From contig OZ024751.1 in NCBI GenBank assembly GCA_964016885.1, positions 19,344,001 to 19,408,000 of the forward strand: a stretch of DNA of 64,000 bases, read 5' to 3'. A program made the position numbers and the translations under genes. This document shows positions 12,807 to 25,324 of this stretch, piece by piece. Positions within the stretch are counted from its first letter, which is position 1. Each line of letters starts with the position of its first letter. The notes under the pieces are model-generated. The model was not told the origin of the DNA. It saw nothing but the letters and a program-made list of their open reading frames with translations, and searched no databases. The stretch comes from Eledone cirrhosa. Its lineage: Eukaryota.

Positions 12807-12999
12807 CATATACATACATATACATACATATATATATACATGTGTGTTTCTATTTATTTGGGAACAGACATGTGCAAAACACAAATGCACTTGCTGCACA
12901 ATACATCAATGCAACGGTGTATTGCAGACATCTATTTCGTTTTCATAATTATTATTATTGTTGTTGTTCTTGTTCTTGATACTGTTATTATTATTATTT

Positions 13000-13118
<119 letters not shown>

Positions 13119-13199
13119 TCATTATTATTATTATTATTATTATTATTCTGGTCATTGTTGTTCTTGTTACTTCTATCGATGTTATTGTTACTGTTACTG

Positions 13200-13231
<32 letters not shown>

Positions 13232-13428
13232 GTCGGGTAGTGGATTGGCAGTATCGGTAGAGGGTCGGACGCCATGCTTTGACGCATAGAGTTACGGCCC
13301 TTGCCGTTCTGAGTTCAAATCTCGCCGAGGTTAACTTTGCCTTTCATCCTTACGGGGTCGATAAAATAAAGTACCAGTAATGCACTGGGTATTTGCTGGC
13401 CTTGTGCCAAAAGTAGAAACAATTATTA
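13232..13428 (+). mobile_element. Nin-type SINE, full length
   Basis: Same consensus; follows an (ATT)n run. Confidence 0.9.
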
Positions 13429-13926
13429 CGAGAAATGGAAACATTGAGAGAGGGCCCTTGCCCTGGTGGTCAGGGTGGCCGTGGTCTTTTGTGTGGTTTT
13501 CGCCACGAGTAACCCTCGGAGGTTTCCCCCCTATTGGGGAATTTTTCATTGTTTCAATTTTCATTTTTATTGTTTATATACATATATGTTTCTATGTTTT
13601 TTTTCTTTTCTTATATAAATAATTGTTTCTACTTTTGGCACAAGGCCAGCAATTACTCAGTACATTACTAGTACTTTATTGTATCGACCCCGTAAGGATG
13701 AAAGGCAAAGTTAACCTCGGCGGGATTTGAACTCAGAACGGCAAGGGCCGTAACTCTATGCGTCAAAGCATGGCGTCCGACTCTCTACTGATACTGCCAA
13801 TCCATCGCCCTATATAAATAATAAAAATATTTACACGCACAAAACCCACATCGTACCGTCTTGTACCGTCCTGTGCGGTCTGTAATGTTTTTCTTGATGT
13901 CAGCCCTTGTGGCCAATAAAGAAATC
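13429..13926 (+). mobile_element. Unassigned retroelement 3' UTR ending ccttgtggccaataaagaaatc(att)n, split by a SINE
   Basis: Diverged homolog at 14054-14297; AATAAA followed by (ATT)n tail. Confidence 0.55.
13620..13810 (-). mobile_element. Nin-type SINE, full length, with 12-bp TSD
   Basis: Reverse complement of consensus; tatataaataat at 13612-13623 and 13811-13822. Confidence 0.9.
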
Positions 13927-14053
13927 ATTATTATTATTATTATTATTGTTCCTTGAGTCTCAGTCATTGATGTTAGTTAACTGGAAAGTTTGTTGAAATG
14001 AATATCAAGCCACTACCTGCAGCCTCAGATATTCAGGACGTATCGGAGGGTTT
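13927..14053 (-). mobile_element. Dong/R4 extreme 3' end with (TAA)n tail
   Basis: Reverse complement matches about 31520-31630; ends in (TAA)n. Confidence 0.75.
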
Positions 14054-14297
14054 ATTAAAGGTGGAAAACTGGGAGAGGGCACTTGCCCTGGTGGTCAGAG
14101 TCACTGTGGCCTCTTAATGGGCTTTCTCCACAAATGTCCTTCGGAAGTCTCGCCCCTATTGGGGAATTTTTCATTGTTATTTTTATTACATCCTCTGTTT
14201 TTTTTACACGCAGAAATGCCCATTTGTACCGTCCTGTATTGTCCTGTACTGTCCTTAATGTCTACTTTATGTAAACCCTTGTGGTTAATAAGAAATC
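14054..14297 (+). mobile_element. Second diverged copy of the same retroelement 3' UTR
   Basis: Shares gagagggc..ttgccctggtggtcag, cccctattggggaatttttcattgtt, tgtaccgtcctgt and cccttgtgg..aataa.gaaatcatt blocks with 13429-13926. Confidence 0.55.
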
Positions 14298-14410
14298 ATT
14301 ATTATTATTATTACTATTATTCCTTGAGTCTCAGTCATTGATGTTAGTTAACTGGAAAGTTTGTTGAAATGAATATCAAGCCACTACCTGCAGCCTCAGA
14401 TATTCAGGAC
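14298..14410 (-). mobile_element. Dong/R4 extreme 3' end with (TAA)n tail, second copy
   Basis: Near-identical to 13948-14039; (TAT)n on both flanks. Confidence 0.75.
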
Positions 14411-15433
14411 TATTATTACTATTATCATTATTATTATTATTATTATTATTATTACTAATGTTTTTGTTGTTATCAATGTTGTTATACAACCTTGATCGAT
14501 CTGTGATCGTTTTATACAATTCAACCTCCCTGGTGGGGACACCACCCTAACCAACTCCACACACCTACCCCACACATCTACACACTTTTCACACTACAAC
14601 TCAAGCCCTTTCTAGTTCTCTATCAATTCCCCATCCCCCAACCCTACACCACCCCCGCCTTTTTATCTCTCCATCCCTAAAAACATTAAGAAGGGTGAAA
14701 GGGGTGGATGAAGAAGAGGTTTAAAGTGTCTTCTAGCGATGTATATGTTATGGTATCAGTGATGGGTGGGTGTTGGTGGTAGAGGCGGTGGTAGAGGAGG
14801 TGGTGGAGGTGGTGGTGGTGGTGGTGGTGGTGCTGTTATTAGTGGTGGTGCTGTTAGTAGTGGTGGAGGAGGTGGTGGTGTTAGTAGTGGTGGAAGTGGT
14901 GGTGGTAGTGGTGGTAATGGTGGTGGTGGTAGTGGTGGTAATGGTGGTGGTGGTAGTGGTGGTAATGGTGGAGGTGGTGGTGTAGGTGGTGGTAATGGTG
15001 GAGGTGGTGGTAGTGGTGGTAATGGTGGGGGTGTGGGGGGTGTGTGTGTGGGGGGGGGGGGGGGGGGTAGTCTCTCTATTGTGTAACTTTACGGTTCATT
15101 TATAAATACAATATATATATAGAGATATATAAATACATACATAAACACAACAATATATATATATATATATATATAAACACATAATACATACATAAACACA
15201 ACATTATATATATATATATATACATCCATACATAAGCACATAATATATATATATAGATACATAAATGCATTATATATATATACATACATAAACACATTAT
15301 ATATATATACATACATAAAACACATTATATATATATATACATACATAAACACATATATATATACATACATAAACACGTGCCCCAGCATGGCCTCAGCCGG
15401 ATGGCTGAAACAGGTAAAAGAATATATATATAA

Positions 15434-15622
15434 GGCGGTGGATTGGCAGTATCGGTAGAGGGTCGGACGCCATGTTTTGCAGCATAGAGTTACAGCCCTT
15501 TACGATCTGAGTTCAAATCCCGCCGAGGTTGACTTTGCCTTTCATCCCTACGGGGTCGATAAAATAAAGTACCAGTAATGCACTGGGTAATTGCTGGCCT
15601 TGTGCCTAAAGTCGAAACAATT
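15434..15622 (+). mobile_element. Nin-type SINE, full length
   Basis: ggcggtggattggcag...gaaacaatt. Confidence 0.9.
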
Positions 15623-16040
15623 ATATATATATACATACATAAACACATATATATACATACATAAACACATTATATATATATATATACACATATATAAACA
15701 CATTATATATATATACATATATAAACACATTATATATATTTACATACATAAACACATTATATATATATACATACATAAACACATTATATATATATACATA
15801 CATAAACACATTATATATATATACATACATAAACACATTATATATATTTACATACATAAACACATTATATATATATACATACATAAACACATTATATATA
15901 CATACATAAACACATTATATATATATATACATACATAAACACACATATATATATATATATATATATATCCCTCTCTCAAAAGCGTGAACGTAATAAACTC
16001 TTATTTGTACTGCCTCTCCGTTTTGTTCCCGTCTAAGTTT

Positions 16041-16130
<90 letters not shown>

Positions 16131-16238
16131 ACAGGGAGAAAGAGACGATTATTAGGAAGAAAAATATTTTTTTTTCCCTTTTTATTTATTTCTCTTTTTT
16201 CTGGGTTAGAAAATGATTAAAACGAAATATTTTACTGT

Positions 16239-16287
<49 letters not shown>

Positions 16288-16288
<1 letters not shown>

Positions 16289-16699
16289 GATATTAAACAA
16301 ATGGAAACTATATTTATAAAACCATATTTATTTCGTTATATATATTTCTGGGATATAATATTAAAAATATGGTATGCCTTCCTCAGACAAAATACAATAC
16401 ATAAGCTGTTTTATAAATATTTAGTGACATACCTTATAATAATGCAACTTCCATTTAAAAAGTTGATTTGGTAGTGAAACTGTTATGACAGTTATATAGA
16501 AAGAAAAACGAAGATGAGAAGAAGAAGGTGAAGAGATGTATGTAAATAAAAAAAATAAAAAAAGAAGAAGATGAAGAGATGTATGTAAAGAAAAACAACG
16601 GAGCGAGATAGAGAGACCTACTCCAGAAACTGTTGAGTGCTTTTATATCAGTTATAAAATATTTACTCGTTGTAACCCAACAATCTTAAATAAAACTTT

Positions 16700-16702
<3 letters not shown>
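16288..16702 (-). mobile_element. Short hammerhead-bearing element in (TA)n with an internal low-complexity insertion
   Basis: Homologous to 8423-8689; (TA)n on both sides. Confidence 0.75.
16322..16400 (-). ncRNA. Type I hammerhead ribozyme fold (homolog of 8579-8654)
   Basis: Minus strand: tattttgt-CTGAGGA-aggcata...tatccca-GAAA-tatata-TA-acgaaata. Confidence 0.7.
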
Positions 16703-16771
<69 letters not shown>

Positions 16772-16806
16772 CTAACTCGTGTGCTTCCTCTCCACATTTT
16801 ATTATT

Positions 16807-16997
16807 GTGGATTGGCAGTATCGGTAGAGGGTCGGACGCCATGCTTTGCAGCAAAGAGTTACGGCCGTTTATGATCTGAGTTCAAATCCCACCGAGGTTA
16901 ACTTTGCCTTTCATCCTTACGGGGGTCGATAAAATAAAGTACCAGTAATGCACTGGGTAATTGCTGGCCTTGTGCCTAAACTAGAAACAATTATTAT

Positions 16998-17000
<3 letters not shown>
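16807..17000 (+). mobile_element. Nin-type SINE
   Basis: Consensus match with (ATT)n tail. Confidence 0.9.
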
Positions 17001-17057
<57 letters not shown>

Positions 17058-17181
17058 TATGTGTGAGATACAAGAGTCAGGTGTATCACTTCGATAAATA
17101 ACTCGAGCAAATCATCTGTGAAACATATGTAACGTCCGATATGCAATAAAACCATTTTAAAGTGAAACTTCGTTATTTCAT

Positions 17182-17234
<53 letters not shown>

Positions 17235-17252
17235 TCAATTACACACAAACAC

Positions 17253-17287
<35 letters not shown>

Positions 17288-17889
17288 AACAGCCATACTT
17301 TAAAAGATGCCATTACAGAGAAGCCAAATATCATCAGTTTTTAAAATGTTTCTAAAAAAAAAGAAGACTGTAAACTTGAAGGAAACTTCAAAGTAGCAGC
17401 AGCAGCAGCAGCATCATCATCAGTATCATCATCAGCAGCAGTAGCAGCAGCAGCAGCATCATATGCATCATAGTCATCAACAACATCATTATCACCATCA
17501 CCGTCACTATCATCACCACCAGCATCATCATTAACATCATCATAGTCATCACCACCACCACCACCACCACCACCACCACCACCACCACCACCAACGCCAT
17601 CACGATTCATCCTCAACGCCGTCGCCATCATAGTCATTATCATCATCATCATCATCATCATCATCATAACCATCATCATCACCATCATCATCATCACCAT
17701 CATCATCATCACCACCACCACCACCACCAACGCCATCACGATTCATCCTCACCGCCGTCGCCATCATAGTCAGCATCATTATCGTCATCAACATCATCAC
17801 CATCATCATCATCAACGTTACGAGTTACAGTAGCATGTGACGATGGTGGGAGGGGGGGGGGGGGGGGGGGGGGGCAAAAAATAAAGAAT

Positions 17890-18790
17890 ATGATGATGAT
17901 GATGATGGTGATGGTGGTGGTGGTGGGGGGCATTGATGTGATAGTGGCGATAATGGTAATGGTGGTGACGATGATGGTGATGATGATGGTGACAGTGGCT
18001 AATGCTGTTGGTGTTTATCGTAGCTATAATGAAGATGATGATGATGGTGGTGGTGGTAATGGTGGTGATGATGGTGATGGTGATGGTGGTGATGGTGATA
18101 GTGATGGTGGTGATGATGGTGATGATGGTGATGGTGATGATGGTGATGATGGCGATGGTGATGATGGTGATAGTGATGGTGGTGATGATGGTGATGATGG
18201 TGGTGATGGTGATGGTGATGATGGTGGTGATGGTGGTGATGGTGATGATGGTGGTGATGGTGATGGTGATGATTGTGGTGATGGAGATGATGGTGGTGGT
18301 GGTGATGGTGGTGATGGTGATGATGATGATGATGGTGGTGATGGTGGTGATGGTGATGGTGATGATGGTGATGATGGTGGTGATGGTGATGATGGTGGTG
18401 ATGGTGATGGTGATGATTGTGGTGATGGAGATGATGGTGGTGGTGGTGATGGTGGTGATGGTGATGATGATGATGATGGTGGTGATGGTGGTGATGGTGA
18501 TGGTGGTGATGGTGATGGTGATGGTGATGGTGGTGATGGTGATGATGGTGATGATGATGATGATGGTGGTGATGGTGGTGATGGTGATGGTGGTGATGAT
18601 GATGATGGTGGTGATGGTGGTGATGGTGATGGTGGTGATGGTGATGGTGATGGTGGTGATGGTGATGATGGTGATGATGATGATGATGGTGGTGATGGTG
18701 GTGATGGTGATGGTGGTGATGGTGATGATGGTGATGATGATGATGATGGTGGTGATGGTGGTGATGGTGATGGTGGTGATGATGATGCTG
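17890..18790. repeat. (GAT/GGT)n compound microsatellite
   Basis: Direct inspection. Confidence 0.95.
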
Positions 18791-19447
18791 ATAAGAAGAA
18801 AAAGAAAAAGAAAAAGAAGAAAAAGAAGAAAAAGAGGAGGAGGAGGAGGAGGAGAAGGAGGAGGAAGCAGTTAAAATGTTTATGAAAAAAAATATATTTC
18901 ATAAAATTGAAAACAGAAATCTAGAAATGAATGTGAACAGATGAGAGGGGGGGGGGACATAGTGTATGGTGGGGAGGGAGGGGGCTTGTTTGAATAGTTT
19001 TAAATCATATGGAAAACATCATCGTCACCACCACCACCACCACCATCATCATCATTATTATTATGATCAACATCATCACCATCGCCATCATCATCACCAT
19101 CACCACCATCATAACTAGAACCATCATCACCATCACCACCACCACCATCATCATAACTACTATCATCACCCCCATCACCATCATCATCATCACCATCACC
19201 ATCATCATAACTACGACCATCACCATCATCACCATCATAACTACCACCATCACCATCATCACCGCCACCATCATCATCACAACCAGAACCAACATTATTA
19301 CTCGAGCCAAAACCATCATCACCATCCACATCATACCCATCAATATCATTATCATAACCAGAATCACTATCACGATGTTGTTGTTGTTGGTGGTGGTGGG
19401 TAGGAGGGGTGGAACAAAGGGCAAGTGGCCACCATATTGATGTACAG

Positions 19448-19644
19448 CAGGCATGTCAAAGATGCGGCCCTTTACAAGCACACCTGCGGCCCTCACAAAG
19501 GTTTTTACAGTGCAAGCATTTTATATTTTCGTAACATCAAAAACAAAAAAAACAAAAATCAGTTGTAATGTGCGCAACTAGTTGTCGTGTGTGGCCCTCA
19601 GACAACAGATATGTGACCCGGGGACCCTCAGTTTAACATGCCCG
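19448..19644. mobile_element. hAT MITE
   Basis: TIRs caggcatgtcaaa / tttaacatgcccg; subterminal tgcggccc repeats; degenerate 8-bp TSD atgtacag/gggtacag. Confidence 0.75.
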
Positions 19645-20041
19645 GGGTACAGGTTGACAATAACAGAGAAAGACAGAGAAAGGTAAAGAATGGGATGATA
19701 AATAGATAGGGAGGGAGAGAAAGAAAGAGTGAGTAAGGGATTGAGATAGGGAGAGGGAGATAAACAGATAGATAGATGGATGGAGAGAGAGCGAGAGAGC
19801 GCGTGGTGATGGGAAGGGGACGCGGAGGGTGGGGATGGGGAGGGGGGCGCGGAGTGAGGGAGGGAGAGAGATTAACAGATAGATAGATATATGGGTAGCT
19901 AGACAGATATATGGGTAGCTAGACAGAGATAGATAGATGGAGAGAGAGAGAGAGAGAGAGATAAACACATACACAGAAATAGATAGATAGAACCGCCTAA
20001 AAGTAAGCTAAAACAACAACAACAATAGCTACAACAGTAAC

Positions 20042-20108
<67 letters not shown>

Positions 20109-20581
20109 AGGAAAGAAAGAAAGAAGGAAAGAAAGAAAGAAGGTGCGAGGACTAGCAGGACCATTAAAGAAATGGAAACATGTGTAAAAATGTTTTTGGC
20201 GTTGTACGTTGTATGGTTTGTTATGGTTGGAACTTTCTGGAAGAGTTTCAAGAATACTTAGGCAGCTCTTCCATAAAGAACTTTACATTAGAGCCAACAA
20301 AGCGAAACACCAATAGTTGAAGAACTTGTTTTAGTCGTGATAGAGCTTGTAATATGTATATACACATATATACATATATATATACACACACACACACATA
20401 CATATACACACACACACATATATATATAAACGTACCTACATACATATATATATACGTACCTAGATACATATATATATACGTACCTAGATACATATATACA
20501 TATATATACATACATACATACACACACATATATATACATATGTATATACATACAATGTTTAGATATATACATACACACACA

Positions 20582-20622
<41 letters not shown>

Positions 20623-21275
20623 GTGCATGTAATGCATACAGACACATACATGCATGTGTGTATATGGATGTGCGTATTTGTGTAAGTGTTTGTGTGGCTT
20701 CAGCATGGGCGCAGTCTAATGGCTGAAACAAATAAATGAAGAATACACATTCACACACATACATTCATACATATATATGTACACACACACACACACACAC
20801 ACACGTGTATACATACACATACATACATACATACACATACATACATACATACATACATACATACATACATACACACATACATACATACATAAACACGTGT
20901 GTGTGTGTGTGTCTTTCTGTGTATATATATATATATGTATATGTGTGTATAGACATTTATTCTTTCAAGCCTGTCACGTGTTCAGCAAAGCAGAGCTCAC
21001 TGCACAAGCGCCCTCTATACACCGACACACTCTCTTGTGGAATTGTCATGCACAAAAGAGATTTAAGGACAAAAAAAAACTAAAAAAGATAAAGTGAATG
21101 TTTAAAGTGCCGGATATCAGGGACGGCACGATTCTGTAGAGGAGCACGTAGTGGATATAAACTACTGCTGCTACTACTACTGCTGCTGCTACTACTACTG
21201 CTGCTACTGCTGCTGCTACTACTACTACTACTACTACACCCACTAACTTTTCTTCGTCTACTGCCACTATAACTA

Positions 21276-21367
<92 letters not shown>

Positions 21368-21414
21368 CTGAAAGAGACGGGACACCGACGGCTGAGCTCT
21401 TGCCGTTTCAACAG

Positions 21415-21575
21415 CTAGTGGTTAGAAAATTGGATTCGCAATCGCGAGGCTGTGAGTTCGATTCCCGGACCGAGTGATGCGTTTTGTCCTTGAGCAAGAC
21501 ACTTTATTTTATGCTGCTCTTTGTGCCTGGATTTGCGACCGACAGATTGTATTAGCAATCGGAAAGACTAACGGA
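21415..21575 (+). mobile_element. tRNA-derived Meta/CORE-like SINE
   Basis: agtggttag...gagttcgattcccgg (B box)...tgtccttgagcaagacactttattt. Confidence 0.75.
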
Positions 21576-22577
21576 AACATTGTTTCCTCGGTCCGATTTG
21601 ACGAAAGTCGATCAACTGTCGATATATATATATATAGGGGAGCAGGCATTCGATTCATGAACATCGCTGTTTGTCCGTTCCCTTGTCGCTTCAATTTTGG
21701 ATTACCTCCTTCATTGTAACTTTAATATATAAGACGTTGTCTTAAGAGAGTATGGCAGTGGACTCTACGCTGAATTGCGTGACCAAAATGGTCCTTGAAA
21801 TATGTATCATATAAACTTTATATTTCCTTATTCTCTTATTCTATATATATATATGGAGAGAGAGGGGAGAAGAGAGAGAGGAGAGAGAGGAGGGGGAAGA
21901 GAGAGATAGGAGGCAGCGGTTTCGAGAGAGAGAAAGAGAGTCTGCTGTGTTGAGATGAGGGAAACCACAGATCATGACAACACTCAATGTATGGGAAGAA
22001 ACATAGTGGGTATAGAGAAAACTATAAACCCGACCGTTACACCAACCGATCACAACTCAAAATTGCTTGACGGTCGCAGTCGGGTTTATATATATAATCA
22101 ATACGCCACTTGTCAGCTATACATCTACCTTATTTTCCTTGATTTCTCCTTAACTTTCCCTTTTTCTATTTTTCCGAAGAAGGACATCGTCCGAAACGCC
22201 AGTAGTATTTATTTTTTCTTCTTAATTTCCTACTAATAACTTCAATGTTTATCCTCTACTGTTTTGCAGATTCGGGAGGTCCTTTTTGTTTACACCACTA
22301 CTGAATTTCGGACGTTCTGTCCATTGTCTTGAACTCAAAGCCTGCATGTGTTCCTTTGTTTTAAGCTTGTTGGGTCCCACACACAAACCTAACAACCCCT
22401 AGAGTAATAATCACGAGTTTTATAATAAAATATAGAATATGAGTAAGAAATATGAGTAAGAAAGAAGAGAGTGAAACAAGAAAGAAGAAGGGAGTGAAAC
22501 AACAAAGAGGGAGAGAGTGAAACAACAAAGTATGTGAGTGTATGTGCATACGTATACATATATATAAACACCATGTG

Positions 22578-22608
<31 letters not shown>

Positions 22609-23667
22609 ACGTACGAATGTATGCACATCCGTGACTGTATGTGTATACAGTATATATTATATAAATACATTATATATATATAATATATATGTATATATAT
22701 ATATGCTTAAATGTGTGTAAGTCTATGAGTACGTGTATGTATATGTATGTGTATATAAGTGTGTGTGTATGTATATGTATATAAGTGTGCATGATTGTGT
22801 GTGTGTGTCTGTCTGTGTGTATGTGTGTGCATGTGTGTATGTGTGCACGTGTGTGTATGTGTGTGTCTGTCTGTGTGTATGTGTGTGCATGTGTGTATGT
22901 GTGCACGTGTGTGTGTGTGTGTCTGTCTGTGTGTATGTGTGTGCATGTGTGTATGTGTGCACGTGTGTGTGTGTGTAAACATTAAGACCTCATCAAATAT
23001 TAAAATATAAATATTAAAGCAAGGATATCCCAAGTGGATGACTTCAACCTGCTGCATTTGTAGTTCGGTCTGACCTTTGACATTTGATAGCCACACACAC
23101 GCACACACATACAGTACGTCACAGTCACGTGTTTTATTGACTGTATGGTGGTGTGTATGTGGGGGGGGGGATAAAGATAGGCTGAAAGACGAAGCGATTT
23201 AGCTAGATAGATTCATCGTTGAACGGATACTTGGGAAATTTAGACGCATAAACGTACATGCATACATACATACATACATACATACATACATACATACATA
23301 CATACATACATACACGCACACATACATTCATTCATGCATGCATATATTACATATATACGTACATGATAATGGCTGCAACTCGATTCCGAGAAATGCCATC
23401 GCTTGATACTTAAGCATGAGCATCATAGACGTGGCTTTTTAGTCCTGCTAGGGACTTGCCTATGGCCAGCAATACCCTGCAATGCAAACAATGTCACATA
23501 TCAAGCAATGCCTGTGCTTGAAGCTTTTTTAAGTGAGGAAAGGCTTTGCACGGGGTCAATCCCACTCTCTGAACATCAAATGCATTTACCCCAAAAGAAG
23601 AACTGGTCTACATCATTGGATGCAAACAAAGTCGTTGGCTTTATATAACAGTGCCCTTCTCCTAGAG

Positions 23668-24009
23668 CAGTGGTTTCAAAACTTTTCCAAATTTTTTTTT
23701 TCTTAGCGGTCCCCCTAACCATTTTTTGGATGCCTCACGGTCCCCTTATAATATTATGGCAGCATTTCCAAAATTGACAATTCTACTACGATTTAATTTA
23801 AGTCGTATCAAAATACCCACAACTGCTATCATGTTCAGGGCTTTCTAAAAGGGTTTTGCTAATTGGAGATGCGTTTTTATAGAAACAATTATTGAATATG
23901 TACTTCAATCATAGTATACCCTGAAAATTTGACTACGCCTTCGCAGTCCCCTCTAAAATCACTTCGCGGGGCTCCTAGGAGACCGCGGACGTTAGTTTGG
24001 GAACCACTG
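23668..24009. mobile_element. hAT (Charlie-type) MITE
   Basis: TIRs cagtggtttcaaaac / gtttgggaaccactg; perfect 8-bp TSD tcctagag (23660-23667, 24010-24017). Confidence 0.9.
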
Positions 24010-24677
24010 TCCTAGAGAGATGTCTTACTGAAGACTAGGAGTCTCTTTTGATCTACAAAAATAAATACATACATACATAGGAACACACACACATACAAAC
24101 GTGTGTGCGTGTGTGTGTGTGTGTGCGCGCGCGCTTGTTTCTTTCGGTGAAATATGTTTTAAACCAATAACCGCAATTTTTAAGCATTTCTTCAGAAAGC
24201 TATCAACGTTGTTAACAATGCAGCCGATATAACCAACACAACCACCGCCATTATAGACATCACCTTCTTTATCAGTAACTTCACCATAACCCTCATCACC
24301 GCCACCAGTATCACCATTATCATAAAAAAGCAAAAACGCCATTTTGAAAATATGTCTTCACGCTTTCTCTTGTTTCGCCCCCCCCCCCCTTCCCTCTCTC
24401 ACACACACGCACATATATATATATATATATGTATACACACATAAATAAATACATATGCACATACATACATACACGCACATCTATATATAAATATGCATAC
24501 ATATATATGCACACCTACACACATGCACATTATATATATATATATATAAATACACATATGCGCATCTATACACATGCATATACATATATATACATATATA
24601 ATATGCACTTCTACACACACACACATATATACACATACGCACATCTATACACATACATATATATAATATGCATTCCT

Positions 24678-24714
<37 letters not shown>

Positions 24715-24803
24715 AATACACATACACACATCTATACACATGCATATACATACATATATAATATGCACTTCTACATACACACACATATATATATATATAT
24801 ATA

Positions 24804-24898
24804 TAGGGTGTCCCAAAAAAATCTATACATATTACCTGTACAGGTAATATTTATTAGAATGCTGTTGAAGTCTGTATACATTTTTGGGGGACACCCTG
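24804..24898. mobile_element. Tc1/mariner-type MITE
   Basis: TIRs agggtgtcccaaaaaa / tttttgggggacaccct; TA flanks. Confidence 0.8.
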
Positions 24899-25324
24899 TA
24901 TATATTTATTCCATAAAATCTCGTCACTTGGTTTCGTTTCGTTTCCTACCCTTCAATTATTTGTTGCTTTCATACATCTTGGCTTGCTTTATGTCTCATG
25001 TTGATGTCGTTGTTGTTGGTGTTGGTGGTATTGTTGTTGTTGGTGTTGTTGATGATGATGTCGTTGTTGGTGTTGTTGCTGTTGTTGATGTTCTGTGTGT
25101 ATAGTTGTTGCATACACATGATGATGATGATGATGATGATGATCGTGATGGTGATGGTGGCGGTGGTGGTGATGGTGGTGGTGGAGATGATGGTGGTGTT
25201 GGAGATGATGATGGTGCTAATAATAATAGGTGGTGGTGGTGGTGGTGGTGACGTCGACGATGATGTATATACATATTTTATTGTATATACGTTATTGTTG
25301 GTTGCTTATCGAAGTAGTCGTGTT

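Noticed and set aside
17890-18885. Gly/Asp-rich protein with basic tail
   Set aside because: Compound (GAT/GGT), (AAG), (AGG) microsatellites, open in several frames
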